DNA from: a candidate division WOR-3 bacterium
GTDB taxonomy: Bacteria; Hydrothermota; Hydrothermia; LBFQ01
Reading direction: 5' to 3'
NCBI GenBank assembly: GCA_027002825.1
Contig: JALWZG010000018.1
Coordinates: 2,661-66,660 of the forward strand
Length of the DNA: 64,000 bases
The position numbers were made by a program, and so were the translations under genes. The first letter of the stretch is position 1. Each line of letters starts with the position of its first letter. This document shows, piece after piece, positions 10,920 to 20,076 of this stretch. The notes under the pieces were generated by a model. The model worked only from the letters and a program-made list of their open reading frames with translations. It made no database searches and had not been told where the DNA came from.

Positions 10920-12119
10920 ATGCGGGGTGTTTCCCTCTCCCGTTATAATATTCGCCGCGGACGTATGTTTTCGCTGCTGCTACTTTCGGATCTGAACAGG
11001 GACCTCTGGATGCTCCAGAACGCACGGGAGGACTCCTCCGGAAACCTTTACTACGTAATGCAGGACGGTTCGGTCGTGTACTTCACGGTTGACCCACACC
11101 TGCAGAAAACCCTAAACACGCTTATGGCCACCTATCCCAAGGACATCATGGGGATACTCCTTATGGACGCACGGAGTGGAAGGATTTTGGCCATAGGTGG
11201 GAGGTTCAAAGGTGAGAGGTCCTTGAGGTCGTTTAAAAGGAGCGATTATCCGGCGGCATCCGTGTTCAAACTGATAACGGCAATAGCCGCTGTGGATTAC
11301 CTCGGGATGGTGGCGGAGGACACCTTGGAGTTCTGTGGACCGCTTTACAGGAGAAGGCCTCGGAGGTGGCTGAACTGTAGGGGTGATAGTCTCCCCAAGG
11401 TCTCTTTGGCCCTCGCCTTCGGTAGGTCTATAAACCCGGTTTTCGGTAGGATCGGCGTCCATCTGGGCAGGGGTGCTTTTGAGGAGGTTTCCGAGAGGTT
11501 GTTCTTCGGCGATACGCTCTGGGGGTTGGCTATGGGTTATGTTTCCTTTGACAGTGTAAGGGACGATAACGGTTTGGCCCTGTTGGGGAGCGGGTTCAAC
11601 TACAGCTACTTAAACCCCGTACACGCCTCCCTGCTGGCCCAGGTCATGGCGACGGGGAACGTGTGGAAACCCTATGTTGTGGACAGGGTTGAGAGAGGGG
11701 GAGAGGTGACCTACAGGTCCTCACCGGAGCTCGTCTCCTCCCCCCTGTCCGGATCGACGTTAAGGGAGATCAAACAGATGGCGAAGGCTACGGTTGACAG
11801 TGGGACGGTTTACAACCTCTTCCACGACAGGTACGGAAGACCGCTTTTGAACGTCTCCGTCGGGGGTAAGACCGGAACACTGCGGAGCAAGAAGTACGGG
11901 GCTTTGACCGAGTGGTTTGTGGGTTTTGCCCCCGTTGAGAACCCAGAGGTTGTTATCGTAGTTTTTTCGGTGGACAACACCCTCATCCACATAAAGACAC
12001 CCTATCTGGCGATGCGCATGCTTCAGGCTTACTTCTTGGGGGAGATGAAGGGAACTCCGCTCTCCTACAAGAGGTACAGGAAGAGAAAAAGGACGCGCAG
12101 GAGGAAAGGTGGAGGATAA
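10920..12119 (+). CDS. Penicillin-binding transpeptidase-domain protein (short PBP / class D beta-lactamase-like fold); real start possibly M16 (10965)
   Basis: SxxK (ASVFK), KTG (GGKTGTL) motifs; N-terminal region typical of the start of a PBP transpeptidase module (DARSGRILAIGG). Confidence 0.6.
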   Translation: MRGVSLSRYNIRRGRMFSLLLLSDLNRDLWMLQNAREDSSGNLYYVMQDGSVVYFTVDPHLQKTLNTLMATYPKDIMGILLMDARSGRILAIGGRFKGERSLRSFKRSDYPAASVFKLITAIAAVDYLGMVAEDTLEFCGPLYRRRPRRWLNCRGDSLPKVSLALAFGRSINPVFGRIGVHLGRGAFEEVSERLFFGDTLWGLAMGYVSFDSVRDDNGLALLGSGFNYSYLNPVHASLLAQVMATGNVWKPYVVDRVERGGEVTYRSSPELVSSPLSGSTLREIKQMAKATVDSGTVYNLFHDRYGRPLLNVSVGGKTGTLRSKKYGALTEWFVGFAPVENPEVVIVVFSVDNTLIHIKTPYLAMRMLQAYFLGEMKGTPLSYKRYRKRKRTRRRKGGG

Positions 12120-12138
12120 ACCCCCTTAGAATACAGGT

Positions 12139-12837
12139 ATGCTCTTCGTCTTAGGTGTTTTGGGCTACAGGATGGTTGAGGTGGTGGAGATGGCGGGGCA
12201 GGTGGACACGTTGTTGACCTACATAACACCCGACGCCATGAGGGTGGAAAGCAAAAACCAGCCCTTTGTGAGGATCGTGCGGGTAAAGGGGGAGAAGGTT
12301 GAGATCTTCACCCTTGACGAGAGGGACAGGACGTACAGCGATATGTCCCAAATGGCCTCCATGATGAGCGCTATGGCCTTGTCGGTTTTCATAAGGTGTG
12401 ATGGGGAGAACTGCCAGGTGGACACAACCGTCCTCAGGCCTACGGATGAGTACAAGAGGATAAGGGGTTTCAGGGCCAGAAAGGTTTTCGTCTACCTCGG
12501 CAACCTCAAGAGGACGGCCGGGGGAATGGCCGCGGACATTCCGGACAGCGTTGAAAATTGGTTCGTTAAGGATTGGAAATCCCTCAGGGCGGCGGATTCC
12601 CTGCGTTTGGTCCTCATGATCAGGATAGCACGCCTGACGTTGACGGATCCGAAGGCGGGTGAAATACTGAACGATTTGGAGGTGTACCTCAACTCAAACC
12701 TCAGGAGGTACGGGGCACCCGTGATCAGCACCACGTTCATGCCGAACGGGTTGGTAAAGGCCACGAGGGTGGAGGTAAAGAGGGAAAACCTGAAGGAATC
12801 CCTCTTCTCCTTACCGGAGGGTTATAGGAAGAGATGA
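12139..12837 (+). CDS. Hypothetical protein (possibly LolA-fold/periplasmic)
   Basis: Coding-like ORF with no recognisable motif; ATGA overlap with the following EnvC-like gene. Confidence 0.35.
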   Translation: MLFVLGVLGYRMVEVVEMAGQVDTLLTYITPDAMRVESKNQPFVRIVRVKGEKVEIFTLDERDRTYSDMSQMASMMSAMALSVFIRCDGENCQVDTTVLRPTDEYKRIRGFRARKVFVYLGNLKRTAGGMAADIPDSVENWFVKDWKSLRAADSLRLVLMIRIARLTLTDPKAGEILNDLEVYLNSNLRRYGAPVISTTFMPNGLVKATRVEVKRENLKESLFSLPEGYRKR

Positions 12838-13910
12838 GCCTGTTGGGGATCCTGCTGGCGGCGTCCTCTCTGGAGTACAGAAAGGAGATACGCAGGCTGG
12901 AGAGGGAGATAAAAAGGGTGGTGTCGGAGATAAGGTCCATGGAAAAGGAGGAGAAAAACCTGATAAGGGAGGTGGAGCTCTACGAGGAGAAGAGGGAGCT
13001 TCTGGAGAACTACCTACGGGTTCTGAGGAATCGTGAGGTGAGCCTGAGGGTCAGGTTGTCCTTTACGGAGAGGCAGCTGGAGGAGATCTCAAAGGAGGAG
13101 GAGAACACCCTGAACAGGATAAAAGCCGGTTTAAACCTCCTCTTTTTGTTGGGTGAGGTCAACGTTTGGGCGGCCATTTTCAACCCCCAGAAGGCCTATG
13201 TCATGTACGAGCGGACCACCATGACGGAGGCCCTCATATCCTCCTATGAAAACGCCCTGCGGGAGATAGAGGGTTTTAAGAGGGATTACACGTGGTGGAA
13301 GGAGAGGAGGGAAACCCTGCTGGAGGAGATCGGTGAGAACATAAAGAAACAGGAGGAGGTTCTCTCCGAGATAGAGGAGACGGAGAAGGCCCTCAAGGAG
13401 AGGATAAAAAGGATAAGGTCGGATAAAAGGGCTAAGGAGAGGTACGTGAAGAGGTTAAAGGCCAAAAAGAGGAAACTTGAGACCCTCTTGAAGCGCCTGG
13501 CGAGGAGGGGTAAAAAGGTGAAGAGGGGTGGTGGGAAGATCTCCAAGTTGATGTGGCCGGTGAGGGGGAGGATCGTCAGGAAGTTCGGGTATTACACGGA
13601 TGCGAGGTACGGTGTCAGGTTGGTAAACAACGGTATAGACATCTCCGCCGCCTACGGAAGCGATGTGGTCGCGGCCTCAGGAGGCACGGTGGTGTACGCG
13701 GGTGATCTTGAGGGGTACGGGAAGGTCGTCATAATTGAACACAAGGGATTTTTTACGGTTTACGCCAACCTCAAAAGCGTATACGTAAAGGTGGGCAAAA
13801 GGGTGAGGAGGGGCGAGAGGATAGGAAAGCTCGCCGGAAAACCCCTCCACTTTGAGGTGCGTTTGGGTTCGGGTAGAAAGGCGGTCGATCCCACCCTTTA
13901 CCTCCGATGA
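12834..13910 (+). CDS. Coiled-coil M23 (LytM) peptidase, EnvC/NlpD-like murein hydrolase activator
   Basis: Long N-terminal coiled coil (E/K/R-rich heptads); C-terminal M23 domain (GIDISAAYGSDVVAASGGTVVYAG...GKVVIIEHKGFFTVYANL...HFEV). Confidence 0.8.
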   Translation: MSLLGILLAASSLEYRKEIRRLEREIKRVVSEIRSMEKEEKNLIREVELYEEKRELLENYLRVLRNREVSLRVRLSFTERQLEEISKEEENTLNRIKAGLNLLFLLGEVNVWAAIFNPQKAYVMYERTTMTEALISSYENALREIEGFKRDYTWWKERRETLLEEIGENIKKQEEVLSEIEETEKALKERIKRIRSDKRAKERYVKRLKAKKRKLETLLKRLARRGKKVKRGGGKISKLMWPVRGRIVRKFGYYTDARYGVRLVNNGIDISAAYGSDVVAASGGTVVYAGDLEGYGKVVIIEHKGFFTVYANLKSVYVKVGKRVRRGERIGKLAGKPLHFEVRLGSGRKAVDPTLYLR

Positions 13911-14395
13911 CGTCTCCTCCTACGCCTTCTCTTCTTCTCCTTTAACTCCCTCAAGAAATCCTCCACCTCGTCCAGCATTTTCAGCTGTATATCGTAGGTT
14001 TCAACGGGTTCTTTTCCCCTGAAGGTCTCCCCTTCCGAGAGTGAACTTACAAACCTGAGAAAATCCGCGGGGTCCATCACGTAGAGGTTTGGGTGGATTT
14101 GGCGTGATTTCTCCGCCAGGGATCTGTCTCTCGTCACGAGCTTTATGGTATCCCCTCTGTGTCGCTTTACGTAGTCCAGTATCCACTCGTCCGCCGTCAT
14201 GCCTTTTCTCTTTTCACCGGCAAACCTTATGTATCCGGGGTGGGGTGTGTGGGATGAGCCGTCAAACACGAACAGCACCCTGTACCCCCTCCTCATAAGT
14301 CTGTTGGCGATTTCAAGGGCCATCCTGTAGGCTTCCTGAAAGGAGACAGCCTTACCCGTGGAGTAGGCGAGGTTGTAAGCGTCTACCAGAAACAA
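13898..14395 (-). CDS. YacP-like NYN-domain (PIN-like) RNA-binding/RNase protein with poly-Arg C-terminal tail
   Basis: YacP-like core (LVDAYNL...VLFVFDG...IKLVTRDRSL); C-terminus KKRRRRRRRHRR; 13-nt convergent overlap with EnvC-like gene. Confidence 0.55.
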   Translation of the reverse strand: MFLVDAYNLAYSTGKAVSFQEAYRMALEIANRLMRRGYRVLFVFDGSSHTPHPGYIRFAGEKRKGMTADEWILDYVKRHRGDTIKLVTRDRSLAEKSRQIHPNLYVMDPADFLRFVSSLSEGETFRGKEPVETYDIQLKMLDEVEDFLRELKEKKRRRRRRRHRR

Positions 14396-14425
14396 GAGCG
14401 TATTCTACGCTTAGAATAGAAGGCT

Positions 14426-16456
14426 ATGCTGTTTCTAATGGCGTACGGGAGCATAGTAAGGGTTTACGCACCTGTGGGTGAGGTCTTACGCCTCCCCTTG
14501 AAGGAGGTGGACGTGGTGGGATTTTCACCGAGGGGGGAATGGACGGATGTATACGTGGAAGACGGAGATGCAAACACACTCCTCTTTCTGGGGTACAGGG
14601 TGGAAACGGTTGTGGAGGACGTTGATGAACACGTTCGGAGGGTTGTAAGCTCTTACAGAAGCACATCCCAGGTCTTCGCGGATCTTGAGAACTACGCCCA
14701 GAGCTATCCCTCCATAACGAAGTTGGACACACTCGGATTTTCCTACGAGAACAGGCCGATACTCCTGTTAAGGATAACCGACAATCCGGATGTGGATGAG
14801 GGTGAGCCGGCGGTCCTGATAACGGGACTACACCACGCGAGGGAGTGGCCGACGGTTGAGATAACCATGTTCTTCATAGACACCCTTTTAAGGGGGTATT
14901 CCCACGATCCCGAGATAACGGATTTCGTGAACAACCTTGACATTTACGTGATCCCGCTCGTAAACCCCGACGGCTACTACTACTCAAGGGATATGGGGAA
15001 CACGATGTGGAGGAAAAACCGCAGGTATCTCCCCGAGTTCGGAGTTTATGGAGTTGACCTCAACAGGAATTACATGGGTGCGGTCAACGGGGATCCGGGA
15101 GGTGCGCACTGCACCATTACGGCCGGAACGGCGGTCAGCCCCTCCTCGGACGTGTACTGCGGACCTTTCCCCTTCAGCGAGGCCGAAACGCATGCCGTGA
15201 AACGGTTTGTTGAGAACAACCGCAATTTGGTCGCCGTCATAAACTACCACACCTACAGCGGTGTCATCCTGTACCCGTGGGGGTACACATCCTACCCCGC
15301 ACCCGACAGTGCCTACCTGCACGCCCTGGCCGACAGCATGGCCTCACAAATGGTGACCGAAAACGGCAACCCATATGAGGCGATGCAGGCCCCGGATATA
15401 GGGTATACGGCCACAGGTGATTCCGATGACTGGGAGTACGGTTATTCAATACACGTGAGTGGATATCCCATGATAGCCTTTACACCTGAGGCGTGTGAGT
15501 CCTTCCAACCCGACCCTTCCCTTTTGGATCAGATAGTGAGGGAACACTGGAAGGGGATAAAGGCCATCTTCAGAAACGCCCCGAACATCCGTTCGCACGT
15601 AAAACCCTTTGTCATAGTGGATTCCCTGATAGTTGAGGACACCGTACCTACGACGTTTCAGGTTGATATAGCCGTGAGGGGACCTTACGCCTCGCCCACG
15701 AGGTACTCGCTTAGGTACTTCACATCCTACGGGTGGAAAACGGACAGCGCCGAGGGGGGATTATCCCTCTGGGATTACAACGGGTTTTACGTTTCGGCCA
15801 CGAGGTCCCACAGCGGAACGTACTCCTTCAGGGCGATCTATCAGAACGGAAAGGTATACCACATGACCACGAAATACCCGTACCTCGTAATGCCCGGCGA
15901 CAGCCTCACCTTCTGGACGTGGTACAGCATAGAGGATAACTACGACGCCGCCTTTGTTGAGGTTTCGGAGGACGGAAACCTCTTCGTACCCCTTGACATG
16001 TTCACGGGTAGCTCTGCGGGATGGGTTAGGAAGTCCTACCCCTTGGACGCTTGGGTGGGTAAATGGGTCTATTTCAGGTTCAGGTTCACGACCGACGCCT
16101 TCGTAACGGAGGATGGTTTTTACGTGGACGATATATCGCCCGTGCCGCTCCTCGGAGGGGAAACCCTCATATCCGATAGTATAACCTCCCTACCCTACAC
16201 CGTTAGCCTTCCGAACGGTGAATACTACCTCCAAGGGCGTGGGTACAACGTCAAAGGTTGGGGTAGTTGGAGCTCTCCGAGAAAGGTGGTCGTCTCCTCC
16301 CTTGTATCTTTGGAGGAGAAAAAGGAGAACTCCCGGAAGTCCGATGTGGCTTACTATTCGGTGGACGGGAGGTTTTTGGGCGGAACACCACCGAAGGCAA
16401 AAGGGGTGTACTTTGAAAGGAGGGGGGACACCTTCAGGAAGGTTTTGATCAGATAG
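14426..16456 (+). CDS. Secreted zinc carboxypeptidase (M14 family) with beta-rich C-terminal region and T9SS-type CTD
   Basis: M14 zinc-binding HHAREW motif and ~300-aa catalytic domain; terminal YYSVDGRFLGG...GVYFERRGDTFRKVLIR matches T9SS CTD. Confidence 0.8.
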   Translation: MLFLMAYGSIVRVYAPVGEVLRLPLKEVDVVGFSPRGEWTDVYVEDGDANTLLFLGYRVETVVEDVDEHVRRVVSSYRSTSQVFADLENYAQSYPSITKLDTLGFSYENRPILLLRITDNPDVDEGEPAVLITGLHHAREWPTVEITMFFIDTLLRGYSHDPEITDFVNNLDIYVIPLVNPDGYYYSRDMGNTMWRKNRRYLPEFGVYGVDLNRNYMGAVNGDPGGAHCTITAGTAVSPSSDVYCGPFPFSEAETHAVKRFVENNRNLVAVINYHTYSGVILYPWGYTSYPAPDSAYLHALADSMASQMVTENGNPYEAMQAPDIGYTATGDSDDWEYGYSIHVSGYPMIAFTPEACESFQPDPSLLDQIVREHWKGIKAIFRNAPNIRSHVKPFVIVDSLIVEDTVPTTFQVDIAVRGPYASPTRYSLRYFTSYGWKTDSAEGGLSLWDYNGFYVSATRSHSGTYSFRAIYQNGKVYHMTTKYPYLVMPGDSLTFWTWYSIEDNYDAAFVEVSEDGNLFVPLDMFTGSSAGWVRKSYPLDAWVGKWVYFRFRFTTDAFVTEDGFYVDDISPVPLLGGETLISDSITSLPYTVSLPNGEYYLQGRGYNVKGWGSWSSPRKVVVSSLVSLEEKKENSRKSDVAYYSVDGRFLGGTPPKAKGVYFERRGDTFRKVLIR

Positions 16457-16868
16457 GGAGGACGGAGGTTATTTCCGGGAGGAAGCCCTTCGCCTCCTTA
16501 AAGAGCTTTCTTATTATTTCGGCGGATGCGCCCCATACGAGGCCGTATTCCGTTTCAACGACCTCTGAGTATATCAGGGGTCTCAACCTCTTGAGACTTA
16601 TAAAACACCAGGACTTGAAGATCCTAACGTCCGGTTTTGGGTCTTTCTTCAGGAGGACGACGAAGGGGTAGACCTTTCCGGTTTCGGATACCAGGTTTGA
16701 AGGTGAGAGCTCCCCCACTATTGAGTAAAAGGACGGGGGGAGGTGGAGATAATCCTCAAGGTATTCCTCCAGGGAGGATTTGGCGGATATGCGGCTCCTC
16801 GCCGGGAAGGACGGGAAGAGGAGCTCATCGCACCTCCACTTTATCTCATCCGAAAAGGTTGAAAACAT
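16449..16868 (-). CDS. Hypothetical protein; start taken at internal M70 (the track's long ORF extends to 17075 with a Cys/Ser/Arg-rich, non-protein-like N-terminus)
   Basis: Only the C-terminal 139 aa look protein-like; starting here also removes a 146-nt overlap with the upstream GT-C gene. Confidence 0.3.
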   Translation of the reverse strand: MFSTFSDEIKWRCDELLFPSFPARSRISAKSSLEEYLEDYLHLPPSFYSIVGELSPSNLVSETGKVYPFVVLLKKDPKPDVRIFKSWCFISLKRLRPLIYSEVVETEYGLVWGASAEIIRKLFKEAKGFLPEITSVLPI

Positions 16869-16929
16869 AACCCTCAGCTCTTTGATCAGAACACCACCAA
16901 CCCATCTTCTGCGCTTTGGCAAGTCTCCA

Positions 16930-18510
16930 TTATAACGGTGAACGGTCGGCTTTCTCACACATCCGAACGAGCGGTACTCCACCCTTGACGGCGTCCTTTC
17001 TGACGAACACGGAGACCATCCTGTCCTCACACTTGAAATCGCACATCCGGTAATGCGCGTGCAGGAGTGTGTCAAGTGCTTTACTCCCCTTCTCCCTCGT
17101 GTAGAAGGTGTTCGTCAGGACGTCGGGCTTTAGGCGGTGTACGATGTAATTGTAGTCGTATTTGTTGTGGCCGGGGACGAATTCCAGGGGGTTTTTTAGA
17201 TTCACTACGATGTGGGATATGTACCTGTCGTTTTTCCCAAGCATATCCACAAACTCCTTCCCGTATGCGAAATAGGGTATTATGCCCGCCCATACCACAC
17301 CCACCCGGATGTCCTCGGGGAAACGTCTGTTTAGGTAAAGCGCCTTGCAGATCTGGGTTTTGTGGTACGAGATGGCCGGCTCTTTACGGGGATTGGCGAG
17401 ATATACGTATTTTCTCAGTATATGAAAAACGATCCCGCTTTTCTCTCCGCCGCTGATGGCCCTCTTTATGTGCTTAGGGGTAGGCACGGATATCAGCGAA
17501 GCGGGTAGGATTACCCACACCCATTTGCCCAGGGTCATCCCAACTTTATCCGCGGCCGCCACCATACCCAAGGGGAGAACCGTTGCGATGAATCTGTTTC
17601 CGTATACGCCTTCCCACGCGTCTCCACCGACGTAGATCTGATACGCAACGTACAAAAGGAAAGGTAGGAGGAGGTAGAGTTTTTTGTCGTTTTTAAACGT
17701 GCTGAGTGCAGCGGCTATGAGGAGGGCGTGTACGGGATGTGCAAAGGTGAAGATCACCAGGTTTAGTATACCCCTGACCACCCTTATCCAAAGGGGAAAC
17801 CCGTAAACCTTCAGGTAATAGGTGTTGGGAAATACATCTCCGTAGTAAAGCAACCTGAAGGCGAGTATGAGACTTAAGGTGGCGAGGGCCGAGAACAGCG
17901 GCACAAAGGCTCCTATGCGTCTTCTCTTGAGAAAGTCCGCCAGGGTGATTCCAAAAAGCGGGATGAGGAAATCCATTCTTATCAAAACCCCTAAGGCGGC
18001 GATGACGGAGACGATGGTGCGGTTTTTGTACCTGAGAAGTGCGTACACCGCCAAAAGCAGGAGGAGGGATAAAACGCCTACCTCCATCCCCATCAAACTC
18101 CAATAAACGATGGGGAAATACGTGGCCACCGCCAGTGCGCTCAGAACGGCCGGGGTTTCCCTTTCCGAGAAAACGGTTGAAATCTTATAAACCATGAAGA
18201 GGATGCCGAGAATGGTTAGCGCTCCCGTTATCTGTAAAGGTAGGGCGAGTTTTTCAGGGGGGATGGGTAGGATGTGCCAAAGGGCCATGTAAAGCGTCCA
18301 ACCGAGGTTGGTTATACCTTCAACCTTTGGGGCGCCGCAGTACCACACAAGCCCGCACCCTTTGACCAGACTTTTGGCGTAGGTCATGGAGATCATGGCA
18401 TCGTCAAAGAGGACGAAATACCTTTTTCCGTTCACCGTATGGCTACTCATAAAGATGAAGTACAGGGAGTAAAGGAATACGGCAAGCGGTAAAAAACGTT
18501 TTACAACCAC
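16930..18510 (-). CDS. GT-C fold membrane glycosyltransferase (ArnT/PMT_2-like), paralog 1
   Basis: ~11 predicted TM helices; first periplasmic loop FDDAMISMTYA (DD/DE-type GT-C motif); C-terminal soluble domain. Confidence 0.5.
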   Translation of the reverse strand: MVVKRFLPLAVFLYSLYFIFMSSHTVNGKRYFVLFDDAMISMTYAKSLVKGCGLVWYCGAPKVEGITNLGWTLYMALWHILPIPPEKLALPLQITGALTILGILFMVYKISTVFSERETPAVLSALAVATYFPIVYWSLMGMEVGVLSLLLLLAVYALLRYKNRTIVSVIAALGVLIRMDFLIPLFGITLADFLKRRRIGAFVPLFSALATLSLILAFRLLYYGDVFPNTYYLKVYGFPLWIRVVRGILNLVIFTFAHPVHALLIAAALSTFKNDKKLYLLLPFLLYVAYQIYVGGDAWEGVYGNRFIATVLPLGMVAAADKVGMTLGKWVWVILPASLISVPTPKHIKRAISGGEKSGIVFHILRKYVYLANPRKEPAISYHKTQICKALYLNRRFPEDIRVGVVWAGIIPYFAYGKEFVDMLGKNDRYISHIVVNLKNPLEFVPGHNKYDYNYIVHRLKPDVLTNTFYTREKGSKALDTLLHAHYRMCDFKCEDRMVSVFVRKDAVKGGVPLVRMCEKADRSPL

Positions 18511-18549
18511 GCCTTTTATTTTACATCCGAAGCGGATCTGACTCCATGG

Positions 18550-20076
18550 GTGTCCTACTCTAAAATACCAAGATTGATGCGGTTGCAGAGGATTTTGTGG
18601 TGGGCCGTTCTCTTACTGGAAGGGTTTATACCGTTGCCTTTGATGGTGTTTCTGACCGAGTACGGTTTGACTTTAACCCCGGACTCCATACATTACCTGC
18701 AAGGGGCGGAGAACATGGTAAAAGGGTACGGTTATGCGGTACTCCTGCCCGGAGGACATTCTGTGCCGATATCCCATTGGCCACCGCTTTATTCCGTTTT
18801 GCTGTTGTTCCTTGATCCTTTTGCGGCCAACTTTTTGTTCATGTTTCTCCTGGTGATCACGGTCGGTTTTGCGGTTTATAAGATTAGCGACAACCGTAAG
18901 GTATCCCTTGCGGCGGCTCTTTTCACGGCCACTTCGCCCATCTTTTTAAAATACGCCACATCCCTTCTCACAGATCTGATGTTCGCATACCTATCCTTTC
19001 TAACGGTTTGTCTTCTGATATTTTACGCTTACAATCCCAAACGGGTGTTTTTGATAGGTGCGTTTGCCGTTTCCTGTTTCTTACCCCTTATCAAATACGC
19101 CGGGGTGTTTGTATCCTCGCTTCTTTTGTGGTATTCATCGCTGTACGTTTTCAAACATTCAAGGAGATATGTTAAATACCTTTTGTCCCTGCTCCTCGCG
19201 TCCTTGCCACTTCTACCCCTGTTGATATGGCTTGTCCTCTTCGTTTTTCCATACGGGCGTTCTCCGCGGGGCTTAGGTTTTTACGCACATGACCTTGGTT
19301 TTGTTGTGAAATTCGTTTTGGGTCTGGGACAGTTTTTGGTACATTCTCCAAGGGTTTTGAACCCGGCAACCGTTCTTGTCCTCGCATTTGCCTTGACATC
19401 TCTGCTCTACTTTTTATATCCTCCAAAGGAGTTGAGGAATCCTCCCGAGAGGATTCGTACCGCCCTGAAAATTCTCAGTGTATATACGGCGACTTACGTG
19501 GCCGTTTTGTTTGTGGCGAGGATATTTTTCGATCCGGGGGCTGATCTCTTCGCAAGGCTACTCCTTCCCATTTTCCCTGGGTTAATTTTGATGTTTTCTG
19601 GCGTGATCGCGTACACCTATAAACACAAAGTCAGGGGAAAGGTTGTGGGTTTGGTTTTGATCTCGTCGCTCGTTTTGTTGAACATCTTCGGTGTGTTCAC
19701 CTTAAAGGAGATTAAGGAATCTCCTTTTAGAAGCTACAATTCCCCCGGATACGCTTCTTATGGGTTGTGGGGATATGTCTCCGAGAGAATACCAAAAGAT
19801 GCCGTCATTTTCTCAAACGAACGCTTTTTGCTGTGGTACTACACCCGAAGACCGGCGCTGCCTATTCCCGAAAGGGCAGGCGAGTTTAAAGAAATGTTAA
19901 AAGGTTTAAAGGGCAAAAGTTTTTACGTGGTGTGGATAAACAGGGTGAAAAGGGCATCCCTGCCAAAGGACAGCTTGCTTCTTTTGTTGAGAGGATACGA
20001 AGTGGACACCGTCAAATTGAACGGGGGGGTTATATTTCACGTCTCAACTTATAGAGTTTCAATCCCTCATAGGTAG
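18550..20076 (+). CDS. GT-C fold membrane glycosyltransferase, paralog 2; last ~7 codons and stop codon lie inside the first CRISPR repeat
   Basis: Same architecture as the 16930..18510 protein (TPDSIHYL loop, VYKIS block); divergent orientation, 39-nt intergenic gap. Confidence 0.5.
   Translation: MSYSKIPRLMRLQRILWWAVLLLEGFIPLPLMVFLTEYGLTLTPDSIHYLQGAENMVKGYGYAVLLPGGHSVPISHWPPLYSVLLLFLDPFAANFLFMFLLVITVGFAVYKISDNRKVSLAAALFTATSPIFLKYATSLLTDLMFAYLSFLTVCLLIFYAYNPKRVFLIGAFAVSCFLPLIKYAGVFVSSLLLWYSSLYVFKHSRRYVKYLLSLLLASLPLLPLLIWLVLFVFPYGRSPRGLGFYAHDLGFVVKFVLGLGQFLVHSPRVLNPATVLVLAFALTSLLYFLYPPKELRNPPERIRTALKILSVYTATYVAVLFVARIFFDPGADLFARLLLPIFPGLILMFSGVIAYTYKHKVRGKVVGLVLISSLVLLNIFGVFTLKEIKESPFRSYNSPGYASYGLWGYVSERIPKDAVIFSNERFLLWYYTRRPALPIPERAGEFKEMLKGLKGKSFYVVWINRVKRASLPKDSLLLLLRGYEVDTVKLNGGVIFHVSTYRVSIPHR

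Noticed and set aside
16869-17075. N-terminal 69 aa of the 208-aa track ORF (16449..17075)
   Set aside because: Cys/Ser/Arg-rich, non-protein-like, and it overlaps the upstream GT-C gene by 146 nt. Internal M70 was used instead.
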